Below, piece after piece: positions 1 to 13,454 of a DNA stretch of 64,000 nucleotides. This DNA comes from the human T2T-CHM13v2.0 reference genome, Homo sapiens: NCBI RefSeq assembly GCF_009914755.1, contig NC_060929.1; one strand, 5' to 3'. The stretch's first letter is position 1. Each line of letters starts with the position of its first letter. A program made the translations under genes and the position numbers. Under the pieces are notes generated by a model that had not been told where the DNA came from, did not search any database, and was given only the letters and a program-made list of their open reading frames with translations.

Positions 1-1490
1 AAGGGCCCTTCTTGCCAGGCCGTGAATTACGTCTGAGCCAGAGGGCTGGGACTACAGCCAAAGCCAAATGAAGGTGCAGAATTTAGGACTAAAAAAAGCC
101 TGAGCACGTGGCACTGGGTATAGCAGATAAATTTGTTGGAGAAATGGTTTATAAATAACATGAAAAGGGAAAGGGGATAGAGGGTCAAAATATTGAGCTG
201 TTGAGAGTTGTTCAATATTTGAGGTCAGTCTCACCATTTTTAATACTGAACCCAAAAGTAATACACACTGAAAAAAAAAAAAAACTCACTGAATAAAATT
301 AACTACAGCTGGGCTTATTTTTTCTTATCAAGACATTTGTAAGCAAGCATTTTTAAACAGGATCTCTATTATATGAAATAAATTTAAAAACATGTGTCTA
401 CAGTCAGGACAAACAAGTGAACAAAAACAAGTGAACAAAAACAAAGCAAAAGCAATAAAGAAGCCCCATGAAGGCATTATGCTTTTCTGAGGACAGTATA
501 AGGCTAGGATACTGCAGAAACTGAAATACTTAGGGATCTTATTGAAATAGTTTTCTTTTCCTCCAAACAAAGCAACCATCTCAGAGGGATAGATGGGCTA
601 AAAGACAAGGAATAAAGTAAACAGAAGATTGGTAACTTGGGAGGTTTTCTTTTCCCCTTTCTCTTTTTGGTTTTGATTTGCTTTTCCCTTGTTAAAGCCA
701 GAAAGGATAAATTTTGGTCCAGAACTCCCAAGACCAGAGGGTCAGGGAAAGCCACCCCGAGGCTGGAAGCTATGAACTTATCGCTAGTCTAAACTCCACC
801 TCCTTCTTCCCTGGGAGTCCTGCACAAATATAACTGCCTGATCTTTCTGTTTACTGGCAAAGGTTTTGCTCCCTTCTCTTTCGTATCGGAATGTGAACTT
901 GGGGAAAGATTTGGGGTTTTTTTTGTTTTTTTTTTGTTTTTTTAAGAAACAGAGACTTGACTTATTCCTCCCACAAACTCTTACCCTGGCACAGGGAGAC
1001 CACAAACTAAGTGAAAACAAGGTAAGAAGCTTAGAGAAATGGGACCATATGCCCTCCCCGGAGCTGAACCGTGTTCCCTGTCCACCATCACCTTGTCTTC
1101 CCATGCTACTACTCCACTCCTGTCTCTTCCACACTCTGGGTCACATGTCTACCCCTTACTGTGAGTTATAATCGCCCAGGAAGGGTAACCCATTGACTGA
1201 GGGCCAAGCTTCTGATAAGTGAATGAACTTGTCTTTTCTCCTGGCCAGATATCTGTCTTTGCCAGAGAGGGCTGAGTCAGGGAGACTAAGATTTTCAAGG
1301 TCAAATTGTATATTGTTTAAAATTGTGAAAATTTGCTTTGTGCATTGAATCTCATTTTCAAAATAAAATTATGCCTTAAGTCAGATCATACTGATGCAGA
1401 TTCTGCAGATGTTAAGAGGCTTCCATGATTGTATTTGCCAGCTGCAGGTCAGGCAGTGGTGGATGGTGGTAAGAAGTAACCTATACTTTT

Positions 1491-1803
<313 letters not shown>

Positions 1804-2199
1804 GTGACCTATAGTTTTGCAGTAGAATTTTGAATTCAAACTCAGGCTTTATATTTTCTCCAAAGTAAATTGTATTTTGTTCATTTTAATCCATTGGTTG
1901 ACTCTAATGAGATCTTTCTGACTGGAAATTCTGCCCTTTTTTTCCTCCATAACTGTATTACCAGTTATCTCTCATCCATGTGTTTGATAAATCCATATGA
2001 ATGTCTTTTTTTGTTTTCTACCAAAACCTTTATAACAAAACAAAATTCATAGCTTTGTCAACTACACTTGAAAATTATGCCCCAGGCTTTTCAGGATTCT
2101 GTAATTAACTTATTGAGTCATTTGTTTAACCATTGGTGAATTCATTTATCTTTACTCGGGCCACAGTAATGTATTTTACTTACAACATATTATGAGAAA

Positions 2200-2620
2200 C
2201 TACATCACCTGCTTCACCGAAATTGAAAAACATTAGATGAACAACACTGCCCTAAACCATATTTCAATAATCCTTTCATGAAAGGAAAGGAAGTACATTT
2301 CCTATAATGATTTGTTCTTAGTGAAGCCATGTTGACTCCAAGTGACCTGTTGTTTCCTTTCTGGGCTCATAGAAATAATCTAACCATTCTAAAATATTGA
2401 TGGGGATTCAGGTCAAAGGTATAGTTTTAAAAATTCACCATATTTAACCTGTTAAACATTCAGTATCTCCTACCTTCTGTCTTCCAAAAATCCAAAGAAA
2501 TAACCATTTATTGTTCCGTTTATGCTTTCAGTGTCTAGGACATAGCTAATCTGATACTGAACATTTGAACTTATCGTTAGTTTTGAAAATATGCCCTATT
2601 GTCCTATTGGCTTTATACTA
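2200..2620 (-). mobile_element. L3/CR1 LINE fragment
   Basis: tgatttgttcttagtgaagccatgttgactcc...tctaaaatattgatgggattcaggtcaa resembles the reverse of the L3 RT region; highly diverged. Confidence 0.55.
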
Positions 2621-3274
2621 AAGTTTTATTAATACATTCCCTCAATAGTCTCCAGTCTTTGCCCAAGAAGAAGAAAATTCTGTAAGAGTTTCTTTTTACC
2701 TTCCTTTCTTCTCTGAGTGGAATAATCTTTTTTGTTGTCTTCATAGTATTTTAGAGTTTTGTGAGATCAGACAAAATTTACCTCAGCTTATAACTTTATC
2801 TTTTAAGTGGAAAAACTCTGAACTATTGATTATTGTGTCATCTTGAAAAAATAGTCTATGGAATATATATAAGTAGTTGTGTTATTTTTTTCAGTGTTAA
2901 GTTGACCTTTTTCTTTTAGTGCATTGTGAATATTTAAAAGGTCATTTGTGCAACATATAAGAGGTTTGACAGGTTTCCATGCATGATGCTTAATGTGGAG
3001 ATGATTTCTTTCCATCAAGTTATTATGCTTGGAATAAGTAACACATCTTAAAATTACAACCTTGATGTAGCAAATCATCAGATGGGTTACCATTACATGG
3101 AAAGAGCCAGTGAAATAAAGACCATTAAGTTCAGGTAGACAGAGATGGCGGTGAGAAATTCACAGCCAAAGAGGGCCATATGGAGGTGAAAACACTGGTA
3201 AATGGCTCTGGGACCCTAGGAGTCTACAGTAAGTCATTGGGAAGTTGGAGTGGAGAAAGGCAACATTAGCTAGG

Positions 3275-3370
3275 TATTTCATTCATTCCTCCATAAATGC
3301 TTATTGGGAGCATGTTGTGTGCCTGGCATCATCCTAGCTTCACTGAAAAGAATGAGGAACATATAAAATG
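3275..3370 (-). mobile_element. L2 3' end fragment
   Basis: attcattcattc...aaatgcttattgggagcatgttgtgtgcctggca is the typical L2 tail. Confidence 0.6.
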
Positions 3371-4399
3371 TGAAGGTGAGAATAAGTGAGAAGTAATTGC
3401 TCTTTACTCTCAATTATAGCTGGGCAAGTACATATATGAATATGCTTTTGTGTTCTGAACACACACTAAGCAGTTGGTCAAAGTATTAAGCTAGAGACAA
3501 CTTCTACTTTCAAATGTAGTGTTTCAAAATAATAATAATAATAAAGATTTCAGGACAGTTTACATATAACCATTTAGAGATTTAAGGATTAAAATCAGGA
3601 GGGAAGGAGAAATGTCTCTGCTGGGGAAAGTTTTTTAAACTAGTGTTTTCTACTCAGCTACTCAATGTGATTTCTTTTATTTTCTTCCTTCCATTGCTTA
3701 TTGGCATTTATTGTGGGGAAGACTGCTGTGTTGGCAGCATGAGAGAGATGGGAATCAAGAAAATGGAAACACCATTCAATATTCAAAAGCCACTATCCCC
3801 TTAAAAGCAACCACAGATCATTCAGTTTTGCCACATACTCAGATTGCACACTAACTGGAGGATGTTAAAAAGTGTTCTATTACAACCAGTTATCCAGTTT
3901 TTGCCACTTAAACTCTGCTGTGAGAAATGTGACTGTAGAGCAGCCTTAAAAAGAGATCATCTTGATATTAAGCAGTGTTACTCATACATGCTTGTTGACA
4001 TTCTAACAGGTGACTTTGAATGGATCTTCAGGCTCAGAAACATGGTTGTGTCCCTAGAACTGGTGAGGCTGGAACAAGGTGTACAGAAGTGAAATGACCA
4101 CTTGCTTTCTCTATTGGATTTCTTTATCCAGCTGTGCAATTGTTTCAGGGACTACAGTTGATTTTCCTGATGCAAGCCTAGCAACTTGTTTTTCAGTTCA
4201 GCACAGTAAAATATGAACAGGAGAGAACTCCCTGTTGGCCACCCACCTCACAATCTTTAAAAGGGAACTCTGTACAGAAGCATTCTGCATTAGGCAAATG
4301 TACACTTCTGCAATCAAAATGAAAAACACTTGAGCTGAATCGTTTTTCGTTAGCTTTAGTTTCCAGCCCTGATTAAAAAGAACACAGGGAACCCTGCAA

Positions 4400-4535
4400 G
4401 TTTAAGCGGTTTTGGCAGCCGAGGAAACAGCTGTGACATTGTCAAGGGTTGTCTGTAGGAGCTGTGCAGGCTGCTGACAGCACTGATAATGCCCAGAAAT
4501 GGGGCAGACGCTTTTCGCATTTGGTCATCAAAGGA
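4400..4535. promoter_or_regulatory. Candidate enhancer: ETS:E-box composite plus RUNX-like, MEIS, GATA and TCF motifs
   Basis: AGGAAACAGCTG 4422-4433, GCGGTTT 4406-4412, TGACA-T-TGTCA 4434-4444, TGACAG 4475-4480, TGATAA 4484-4489, CATCAAAG 4526-4533, all in apparently non-repetitive sequence. Confidence 0.45.
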
Positions 4536-5506
4536 GTGGCAGCAGCTAGGTTCAAGAAGTGAACTTTTGACCCTGTCTGAGACAACTGGCTCTCGTGGAT
4601 CTTGTTCTGTCATTCTCCAGTCTGATTTTCTCTTTCAGAACAAGTGGGTAGGATCTTTGGTTTTTAAACTGTTTGACTGTTATTAAAAGTAAGCTAGTTC
4701 TTATAGCTGCGATTGGAAGGGATGGAAGGTGAGGAAGAAGAGCTGGTATTTCCCACTATCCTGCAGGGGTGGGGAAATCTATCAACGACTGTTCCACTAA
4801 TCTGCGGATGAGTTATCTAGGGAATATCATGCAGTTGCCAAAGTTTTCAGCATCTAAAAGCCTCCAAAGTTCTCTCTGTGAGGGTCTACCTCCCCTGTCT
4901 CCAGATCCTTCCCATGCCCCTCAGACTCAGCACTTGTCCACTGTCCTTGCTACCAGGGAATCCCTCTGCAGCCCCCTTACCCTCCTGCCCCTCCCAAAAG
5001 AGCTCCAGACTTTGACCTTTCTCTTCCACCTCAACATCTGTTTGTGTCTTAAACTGATGTCCATTGAAAGAAACAGATAAACTAATTAATGCTGAGATAT
5101 GACTTATGAAGTATTATGAATGTGCTAACTCTCTCAGGGGTATGTGCATTTTAATAGAGGACCAGCAGTCCAAAGGCCGGTCTCACTCCACTGTGCCCCT
5201 CTAACAGCACCGAGTCTATTTCCAGGCAGCCAGAGACCAGGCCTGAGAACTTGCCCCAGACCACCAGCGTCCCCACTGAGAAAGCAAGCAGACTCAACAG
5301 TTTTTCAGTGTTTCAGGGAGCCTGCAGCAGCAATACAGTTCCTTCAAAGGGTCTGTGGATTCTCTCAGCTTTCCTAGTAGGTTGCTGTGGTAGTTTTTGG
5401 AGCAAAAGTTCACGATGTGGATCTTCACGTGCTGCTCTTTGTGCCGAGCAGGTGCTTGCAAGCTAGTTCTGCCCCTATCTGCCATCTTAATCCTAACATC
5501 TCCCAT

Positions 5507-6312
5507 GTTTTTTTAATTTAACTTCTATTTTGGTTTCAGAGGTACATGTGCAGGTCTGTTATATAGATAAATTGGATGCCATGGGAGTTTGGGGCATACA
5601 TGATTTCATCACCCAGGTAATAAACATGGTTTCCAATAGGTTAGTTTTTATGTCCTCACCCGCCTCCCATCCTCCACCCCCAAGTGGGTGCCAGTGTCTA
5701 TTATTCCCTTATTTGTGTTTATGTGTACTCAGTGTTTAGCTCCCACTTATAAATGAGAACACGCAGTGTTTAGTTTTCTGTTCCTGTATTAGTTTGCTTA
5801 GGATAATGGCTTCCAGCACTATCCATGTGGCTGCACAGGACATGAGCTCATTTTTTATGGCTGCATAGTATTCCATGGTGTATATGTATCACATTTTCTT
5901 TATCCAGTCTACTGTCAATGGGCATTTAGGTTTATCCTGTGTCTTTGTTATTGTGAATAGAGCCTCAGTGAACATACGTGTGTGTGTGTCTTTATGGTAG
6001 AGCAGTTTATATTCCTTGGATTGTTGGGTAAAATAGCAGTTCTATTTTAAGTTATTTGAGAAATCTTCATCCTGCTTTCCATAGTGGCTGAACTAATTTA
6101 CATTCCTACAAGCAATATAAATATTCCTTTTTCTCTGCAACCTTGCCAGCATCTGTTATTTTTTTGAGTTTTTAATAATAGCCATTCTGACTGGTGTGAG
6201 ATGGTATTCATTGTGGTTTTGATTTGCATTTCTCTAGTGAATAGTGATCGTGAGTATTTTTTCATATGCTTATTTTCCATGTGTATGACTTCTTTTGAAA
6301 AGTATCTGTTCA
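5507..6312 (-). mobile_element. L1 3' fragment (old L1PA, L1PA15/16-like), 5'-truncated
   Basis: Reverse L1PA 3'UTR (ggtacatgtgcagg...ctcccacttataaatgagaac). ORF 6098-6322(-) LNRYFSKEVIHMENKHMKK...EMQIKTTM is decayed ORF2 C-terminus. Confidence 0.92.
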
Positions 6313-6419
6313 GGGACATCATTCCTATGAAAATGCTAGTTAATTATACAAGTATTACTTGTTTCCAATAATCGATTTTTTAAAAAACCTTATAATCAAT
6401 ATTGCATTAAAATTTTCAG

Positions 6420-6552
6420 CTGTGTGATTCCTTATCATTTTCTTGGATGCAAATGCCTTGTGTCACGTACTATATCTCATAAATCTATATTGCATCTAAC
6501 AAAGTGCTTTGTGTAAAGTAGGCAATTAATAAATGCTTGTTTAATGAGTAGA
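6420..6552 (+). mobile_element. L2 3' end fragment
   Basis: gcatctaacaaagtgctttgtgtaaagtaggcaattaataaatgcttgtttaatga. Confidence 0.55.
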
Positions 6553-7149
6553 TTTGTTTTTGTTTTATTTTGCTTTCTATGTTTTCCTAAGGATGTGGGG
6601 CATTAGGCCAATGGAAACTGTCTCTCAAAAGTTCTTATATATAAATATTGATGTCAAAGTCACTATTTTTGTACAAATAAACACATTTACCTAATTTGGT
6701 GAGCATTTATAGAGTCCTGCCTATATTCAAGGTCCCTGTGCTGATCAGTGGGCAACTGAAGAAGTATGAGGCACTGTTACTGCTGTCTTCCTTCCCTAAT
6801 TGGGTCCTATACCTTATCTTGGTACAGCTACCTCCTAAGGAGGCCCATCTGTGCTGTTGAGGGTACATCTGAAGGCAGTGCACTGGAATGTATAGCCTAG
6901 GACTGGAATTTGGAGTGAGGCCCTGAGAGATCATACACATTTTTCACTTGTGGGGGAATGTCCTTAAGTAGAAATAGATGGTGATTTCAGATATTTGATC
7001 CAAACCTAACTTCCTCATTTGAATTGAGTATGCTAATAACTATTCTTGAGGCTCTGGAATAGTGATGACATTTCCTGGTTGGGAAATCAGATGCTGATTT
7101 CTGAAGCAGAGTTTTAAAGTTGAAAGATGAAAAGGGAACAAAACAATAA

Positions 7150-7800
7150 ACACAACCTTAGACTGAAGGGTCATTTTTCTAGTCCAACTTCCCTCCACCT
7201 AGCTGCCACCCAAGATTGTCCCTCAGCCATCCTTAGAATATTAAAATAAATCCATTGCAGTGCTCAAATGACTTGTTTCTATTTGAAAATCCTTGCCATT
7301 GGAGAATTTTTCTATATATCTTACCTTAATGGCTCTCCACGAATTTTGTCAACAGTTTGTCAGCAATGTACTCATGAAAATATCTCATATCTATGTATAT
7401 TCTATCACTTTAGCCTCCTTGACTTCTAGACCAGCAGTTCCCAAACTTTTCAAATGTGACCCCTTTTAGTATCAACTTCTGTTTATAAAAGTACAAAAGC
7501 CCTCACATCTTATACTTTCTTTTATGCTTTTATTTATTGAGATATTAGACAACACATACTTGTAGGTGACATGGATTCTTAGATCTAAATAACTCCACTC
7601 TCCATGGTCACTGTCACTTCAACACAGGTTGATGCAGTCCTTAGTTTGGAAAACAGTTTTGGCATAAATAATCCCAAACCTTCCTATCACTTCTTGGAGC
7701 TTTTTTCTTCATGCTTTCCTTGCATCTTTCTTAAAATGTGAAGACTACATTGGATATATTATTAAAATAATGTCATTATTAGTGCTATGTTTAAAGCTGA
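7150..7800 (-). mobile_element. L3/CR1 3' region, probably interrupted by a short hAT MITE (~7431-7660)
   Basis: Diverged match to the L3 3' region. Inner element bounded by cagcagttcccaaact...agtttggaaaacag hAT-like termini. Confidence 0.4.
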
Positions 7801-7939
7801 CCTTTTCTTCCTAGCCACTGATATAGCAGTGCCAACTGTGGACTCTCTTTAGAATGAACACTTTAGTAATAATAAGTCCTTAGAACACAAACACTGTCAC
7901 TTGTAAAACACTTTTCTATACTTGGTAACCTACACAGAA

Positions 7940-8230
7940 CAGCGGTTCCCAGACTTTTTCTTTTTTTTGTCTTGTGGGTCCTTTATATATTCTTACAAAT
8001 TATTAAAGACTCCAAAGAGCTTTTGTTTATGTGAGGTTTTGTTATTGATACTTACTGTCTTAGTAATTAAAACTAAGAAAATTGTAAAACAACACATCCC
8101 ATTAGCTGTCAGAGCATCATCATGTCTTGTAGGCTCTGGAAAACTCCACTGTACACTCATGAAGAATGAGTGTGAAAGAGCCAAATAGTAGCTTAATATT
8201 ATTATAATAATAGTTTAACTTTGTGAGCTC
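7940..8230. mobile_element. hAT-Charlie DNA transposon fragment
   Basis: cagcggttcccagact terminus and ccaaagagcttttgtttatgtg core typical of Charlie-family MITEs. Confidence 0.65.
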
Positions 8231-10311
8231 ACCAATATAATACATATTCATGACACAGTCTCTAACATCTAAAAACTTACAATCTAAGGCCCAACATAAA
8301 TACTAATAGATGATGCTAAATTCTGGCTTCACAGTGCTTCCTACAATAATACTAAAAATATATGAATTTAGACAGAGGCCAAAATGTGTTTATTAACCAC
8401 TTGGCTTTGCTTAGTATTTTGTTACCCACCTTGGAGAATTGCCTCTGCTGATTTACACTTTATAAGAAGCAGCCCTATGAAATTTTTTATCATAAGTTTA
8501 ACAATGATGTAGAACATACTGTTTCATTTTATAATGATCCTTGGGCAAAATGTATAATATCTGTGGGAGAAATGCTCAATGCTGCAGTAAAAACTATACT
8601 TCTCCTCAGAATCAGGTATGTTCTTATATGGTCAGTATAAATCTTATAACTGTGCTTTCTGATCTCCTTTGGCCACCAGGAAGACAGGAGCTGACAATCC
8701 AACTTACTATAAATTCTTCAGGGTCTGATGTCATTATTTCTATAAGATTTTCCCTGGCATTATCTTATTTCTCAGGTCTCACTTTTCCTTTGTTCTGATT
8801 TATTTTTCTTAATATGTTTTATTGTGTATTTGTTAATATGTTTTGTTGTGTATTTAATTGCCAATGGGGATGAATGAATAAGTGAGAAAGAAAGATACTT
8901 GATCCATTTGAGTGGGACTGCTTGAGTACCTGGAGTGGTGCAGACCAAGCAGGGTAACTGTATCAGGTTTCATTAATGAAATGGGTCTTAAGTGGAGATT
9001 AGGAAGGAAAGGAAGTGGGTTGCTGGAGAGGCGGGGTGTTTTATGTGACAGATTGGCTGTAATAAAGATGCAGCTGTGGAGTGAGTGAGTGATGTCCTGA
9101 GCACAGTAAGGAGATCTGGCTGACGTGGCACTGCACCTCATTGCCTTAATATCTTTTCATTTGATTGAAGAGGCAGCTGAGGGATAGGTGCTCTTGGAAA
9201 GTGGAGTAACCATTTCCAATTAAGGAAGGACTCTCACTTCAGTTTCTAAAATAAATTAGAAGGGAGAAAATATGAAGTCTGAGAGATCAATTAGGAGAAA
9301 GTTCTGGTGCTACATATAGAAATAGGCTTATCCGCATATGCAGGTGAGAGTACGAAGAAGAATCTGTGAATGGCAGTCATTTTTTGTAGCTGGTTCCAAT
9401 TAAAATTGATTCTCTATAATGACTACTTATTGGCTGCTGCTCACCAGGTCTGCCTTTTTCATCATTGTCTGCAGAACATATCACAGTATACAGCATAGAG
9501 TAGGTGCTTCATAATGTGTTAAATGGATGAAATGGGTTCCTACCTCCAAAGGAGATGGAAAAAAAAAAACAGGCAAGTAAATAAAGTAAAATATGTATAA
9601 ATTGCTTTAATAATGTTTTATAAAAAAGGACAGTAGCCCAACAGCATTCACAGTAGGCTGGCTGGAGTAGCAGTCATTGAAGAAACCCATGAAAACAGCG
9701 GCAGAAGCAAATGTGCAGCTGCTCTGCCTTTTCACACTGTAGGGCAGCACACGAATAGTCCTGGAGCACCAGGGCCCTTAGACTGTGGGATTTTTAAGTT
9801 ACCTAGTTGGCACAGCATTGACTCCTCCTCTGGTGTGATTAGGGGCCAGGATACAATAAACATATGTTATGTTGGAACTTTGATGCCAGCCTAAACTTGC
9901 CAGTTCAGTGTTTGTGGTTGCAGGTAGTATCAGCTCCTCTCCTGATATGATTGAGAGACTGAGGTCCAAGGCTTCAGGTTGAACAGAATTGATGGCCCTA
10001 AGGATTGGGTTAGAACTCTTCCAAAGCACTTAGCAGGAAGCCAGTTTACTTTTCTTGGATGCCAGCTTCCAAGAAAAGATCAGTCTTGAGCAAAATAGTC
10101 CTTCACTCTCAGCTCAGAAGCCTAATTGAGAGGGTATCCTATAAGTAACACAGCCCACTCTGCTAGTAACCTGTTCTACTTCAACCTGTAAGGCCCATGA
10201 GGCTAGCCAGTGACATCACTACAGGACACAGTGGAGGATGTTTAGGAATGGCTGGGTGATGACCAGGGTGCAGATTGTGTTTACTCAAGGCTGATTGAGA
10301 AATACTGTTTT

Positions 10312-10722
10312 CAGTGGTGTGCTTATAAATGTTTAACAGTGGTGGGTGGAAGGGGGGCTCTGGCTTGTAGCATTTTTCTAGTGCCCATGGTGTAAATACT
10401 CCCAACATGACCAACTTTAAGTTACCAATGTGATTGAAAGTAGAGTTTGGAAGCGAGGCACAGTAGCCCACTGTTATGTAGTATTTTTGCCATACAGATG
10501 CATAAGAGACATAAGTAACCTGAAGAACATAGATAATTATTAAATGTAGTAAAATGATCATGAAGTGACAGATCTTGAGTGTTTTATCACATTTGTTTTT
10601 AATATAATTTAATTTTAAGTTGCCATAACTTAATTTGTAATTAAGACTATGTTAATAATTGGCTTATGGAATTTCTGAGAATTCAAAAACCAGTGCCCAT
10701 AGGTGGATCCAGTACACCACTA
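10312..10722. mobile_element. MER63-family (hAT-Blackjack) DNA transposon
   Basis: Terminal inverted repeats cagtggtgtgct / agtacaccacta; internal ggtgtaaatactcccaacatg. Confidence 0.8.
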
Positions 10723-11269
10723 GGTAAGAACAGCCTAGAAGTACTTCTAGGCTCTTGTTCTGAAAGGTGCCAAGACTGGCATCCATGGTTCCAGTGCCAG
10801 GGTCGAGGAAAGACTTACTAGGTCCTGCAGTATTGCTCCCAAATCTCTTTCAGTGGCCAGGGAAATTATCAGCCTGAAGGCAGGCTGAATGGCTTGCTTA
10901 CATTCAGGTCCCAGTATCTACGATTGACAATCGGCTTCATTTGTAAGTACCAGATAGTGCAACTCCATGTATCCAGGAGGCTGGGAGGTACTGAGAGCAG
11001 ACTGATAGTGTCAAGAGACACTGAAATGACTGCCAGCTCTCTCCTGCCATATCCACTACTAAGTGAGAAATTCAGTGACATAGTCACTGAGGACTCCACC
11101 ACTGCTGGGTGTTGGGGAGGGCACACTGAGTATTTCAAGACAATCCGGGTAAGATTTTTCTTGGAGGGATTCAAGTACAAAATAGTTAATATGCAGAAAT
11201 GAAGCAGAAATTATTATACCTCAGAAATGAGTCAGATAATACTAAAGAAAGGAAGAAAGGAAAGCATGA

Positions 11270-11640
11270 CTTGATTCATGTCTTTAATGATGACCAAAGA
11301 AGTTGGGTCTTTAAAGATGACAAGAGAAGACTGATCAGGTAGCAGTGAGGTGGAAGGGGAAAGATGAGAGAGGGGACATTCCTGGTAGAGGAAGCAAGGT
11401 AGACAAAGTGTAGGAATGTGAAAGAGCATAATGTATGTAAGTATTGTTCAGGTGACTTCTTGGGTACCTAGATAGTAGAGAGAAATTAGAGGTAAGAATG
11501 GAGGAAGGGGAGACTCAGGGCCAGGTTGTTGAGGGCATTTTATGCCATGCTAAGGAGTTTCCAATTTTTCCTTTCAGTAATAGCAAGAAACTTAAAATGA
11601 GCAGGGGTTTGTGTTTTTGAAAGAACTGGGAAAACACCTC
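11270..11640 (-). mobile_element. L2 fragment
   Basis: gacattcctggtagaggaagc...gagggcattttatgccatgctaaggagttt L2 motifs. Confidence 0.6.
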
Positions 11641-12541
11641 TGGGCAATCCATTACCTGGGGATAATGGGTGAAATTTCCCAAGTTAGTGCACAGGCTGCT
11701 GGGTAGGGCTTGAGGCTTTCCTCTTGCCTCCTATTTCAACACTGTGGTCTTTTAGGGCTTGTCCTCAACATGTTCTTAAAAGGAATGTTTGCTAACTGCC
11801 AAAACAGTAGTCTTCATATTTATTCTGTTCCTTTCCAAAAGGTAAATTGAAAAAGCAACATACCCTCAGCCAAGAGAATTAATCTTTTATCACCTAAGTT
11901 ACTGCCCACTGCCTTTCAGTTTTAAAGTTAATTTAGTGTGCATAAATGGCTATGAGCCCCTGGAACTCTCTTTATGTTTGCATCTTAAATTTACCAGACC
12001 CTCCTTCTGCCTCTAGTTCCAGAATTTTCTTTGTCTTATTTTCTTCAAGAAATGTATTTCTTTAAATTGGATTGCAAATTTGGAATACACACAGTCAAAG
12101 CCTTTTAAAACCATTCTTTTAAAAAAGGACAAGTTTCTTGAGAACATTTTTAAAGGAAAAAGTTAAAATAGATGTCAATGGAAGATGCAAATATGAATAT
12201 AAAATATGAAAAGCATCTATAGGCTGGAGCTTCTCAGTAGAGCTCTACTTCATTTAAAGTCATATTATCTGGCACCATTTCAAAGCTTTTGGTTACTTGA
12301 TTTTGTAGTTAGAAAAAAAGTATAAAGTTGAAATATTGGGCTCTTTACATGACCATTTTGCTAGTAGCAGTGGATGAAGCTTTTCTCTAAGAGATCAATA
12401 GCTTTAGTGTAAACTTGGTCAATACCTTATTGGAAGAGGTGACTATGTCAGATTAGGTAGAAACTTTAAAAGCCAGCAAGTTTCCAAATGTCCTTCTGGA
12501 ATTGGCCTCCTAGGGCCATGTGGACCAGAGAGATCTTATCA

Positions 12542-13200
12542 CAGAAGTCATAAACTGATATCCGTGAGCCAAATCTAGCTCATGGGCATGTTGTTTGGCC
12601 TACAGCACATTTTTTTTTTTTTTTTTTTTTTTTTTGAGACAGAGTTCACTCTGTCACCCAGGCCGGAGTGCAGTGGCACAATCTCAGCTCACTCAACCTC
12701 TGCCTCCCGGGTTCAAGCAATTCCCTGGCTCAGCCTCCTGAGTAGCTGGGATTACAGGTGCCCACCACCACACCTGGCTAATTTTTGTATTTTTAGTAGA
12801 GATGGGGTTTCACCATCTTGGCCAGGCTGGTCTTGAACTCCTGACCTCGTGATCCACCCCCCCGCCTCTTGGCCTCCCAAAGTGCTGGGATTACAGGCGT
12901 GAGCCACCACGCCTGGCCCACACCACATTTGTAAGAAGATGAATTGGTTATTTTTAAAAATTTGAAGAATTTAACAACAAAAACAACAACAACAACAACA
13001 AACTTTTGTGTCCAGCTTCTTTTTTTTTATTGTCCCAATAGTTAAGGACAATCCTGGGCCTGCATTCTTTGAACAGTTGGCTAGACTTAAGTAGCTGCTG
13101 CCCCTTTTAGATGGGGCAAACATTCTCTACTTTTTCACAGTCCCCTTCAAGGGTGCTTCAGCCATTTTTGCTACTCACTTGTCTTCAATAAACCAAGGTC
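12542..13200. mobile_element. MER102-like (hAT-Charlie) element interrupted by an Alu
   Basis: cagaagtcataaactg start; acagttggctagacttaagtagctgctgccccttttagatggggca core. Confidence 0.65.
12610..12918 (-). mobile_element. AluSg-like
   Basis: Reverse Alu with T-tail and ctgacctcgtgatcc diagnostic. Degenerate TSD tacagcacattt / cacaccacattt. Confidence 0.95.
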
Positions 13201-13454
13201 ATGTTTAAAAGATTAAATAACAGTTATTGCATGCTCACCAAACCGTCACAAGGAACCAGACTTGTGTACCAGAACAGAGTCCTGGAGCATATCTCTGTTA
13301 GGCTAGACATCACTCTTTTAGTTATGGGATCATGGAAAGGTGCAGAAAGTTCCAGGGAAGGGGTCGGGAGGGATTTGGTGAGTGAGGCACTTGGAGGCAT
13401 GGGTCAATAGCTTTTCACCAGCTAGCATGGAAGTACTTTTAGTGTTTAAAAACC

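Noticed and set aside
185-222. Imperfect hairpin aaatattga...tcaatattt as a pre-miRNA
   Set aside because: Stem is short and AT-rich, and I recognise no mature miRNA.
411-438. 14-bp tandem duplication (similar ones at ~8809-8855, ~11280-11330, 47368-47397)
   Set aside because: Ordinary two-copy slippage duplications, common genome-wide.
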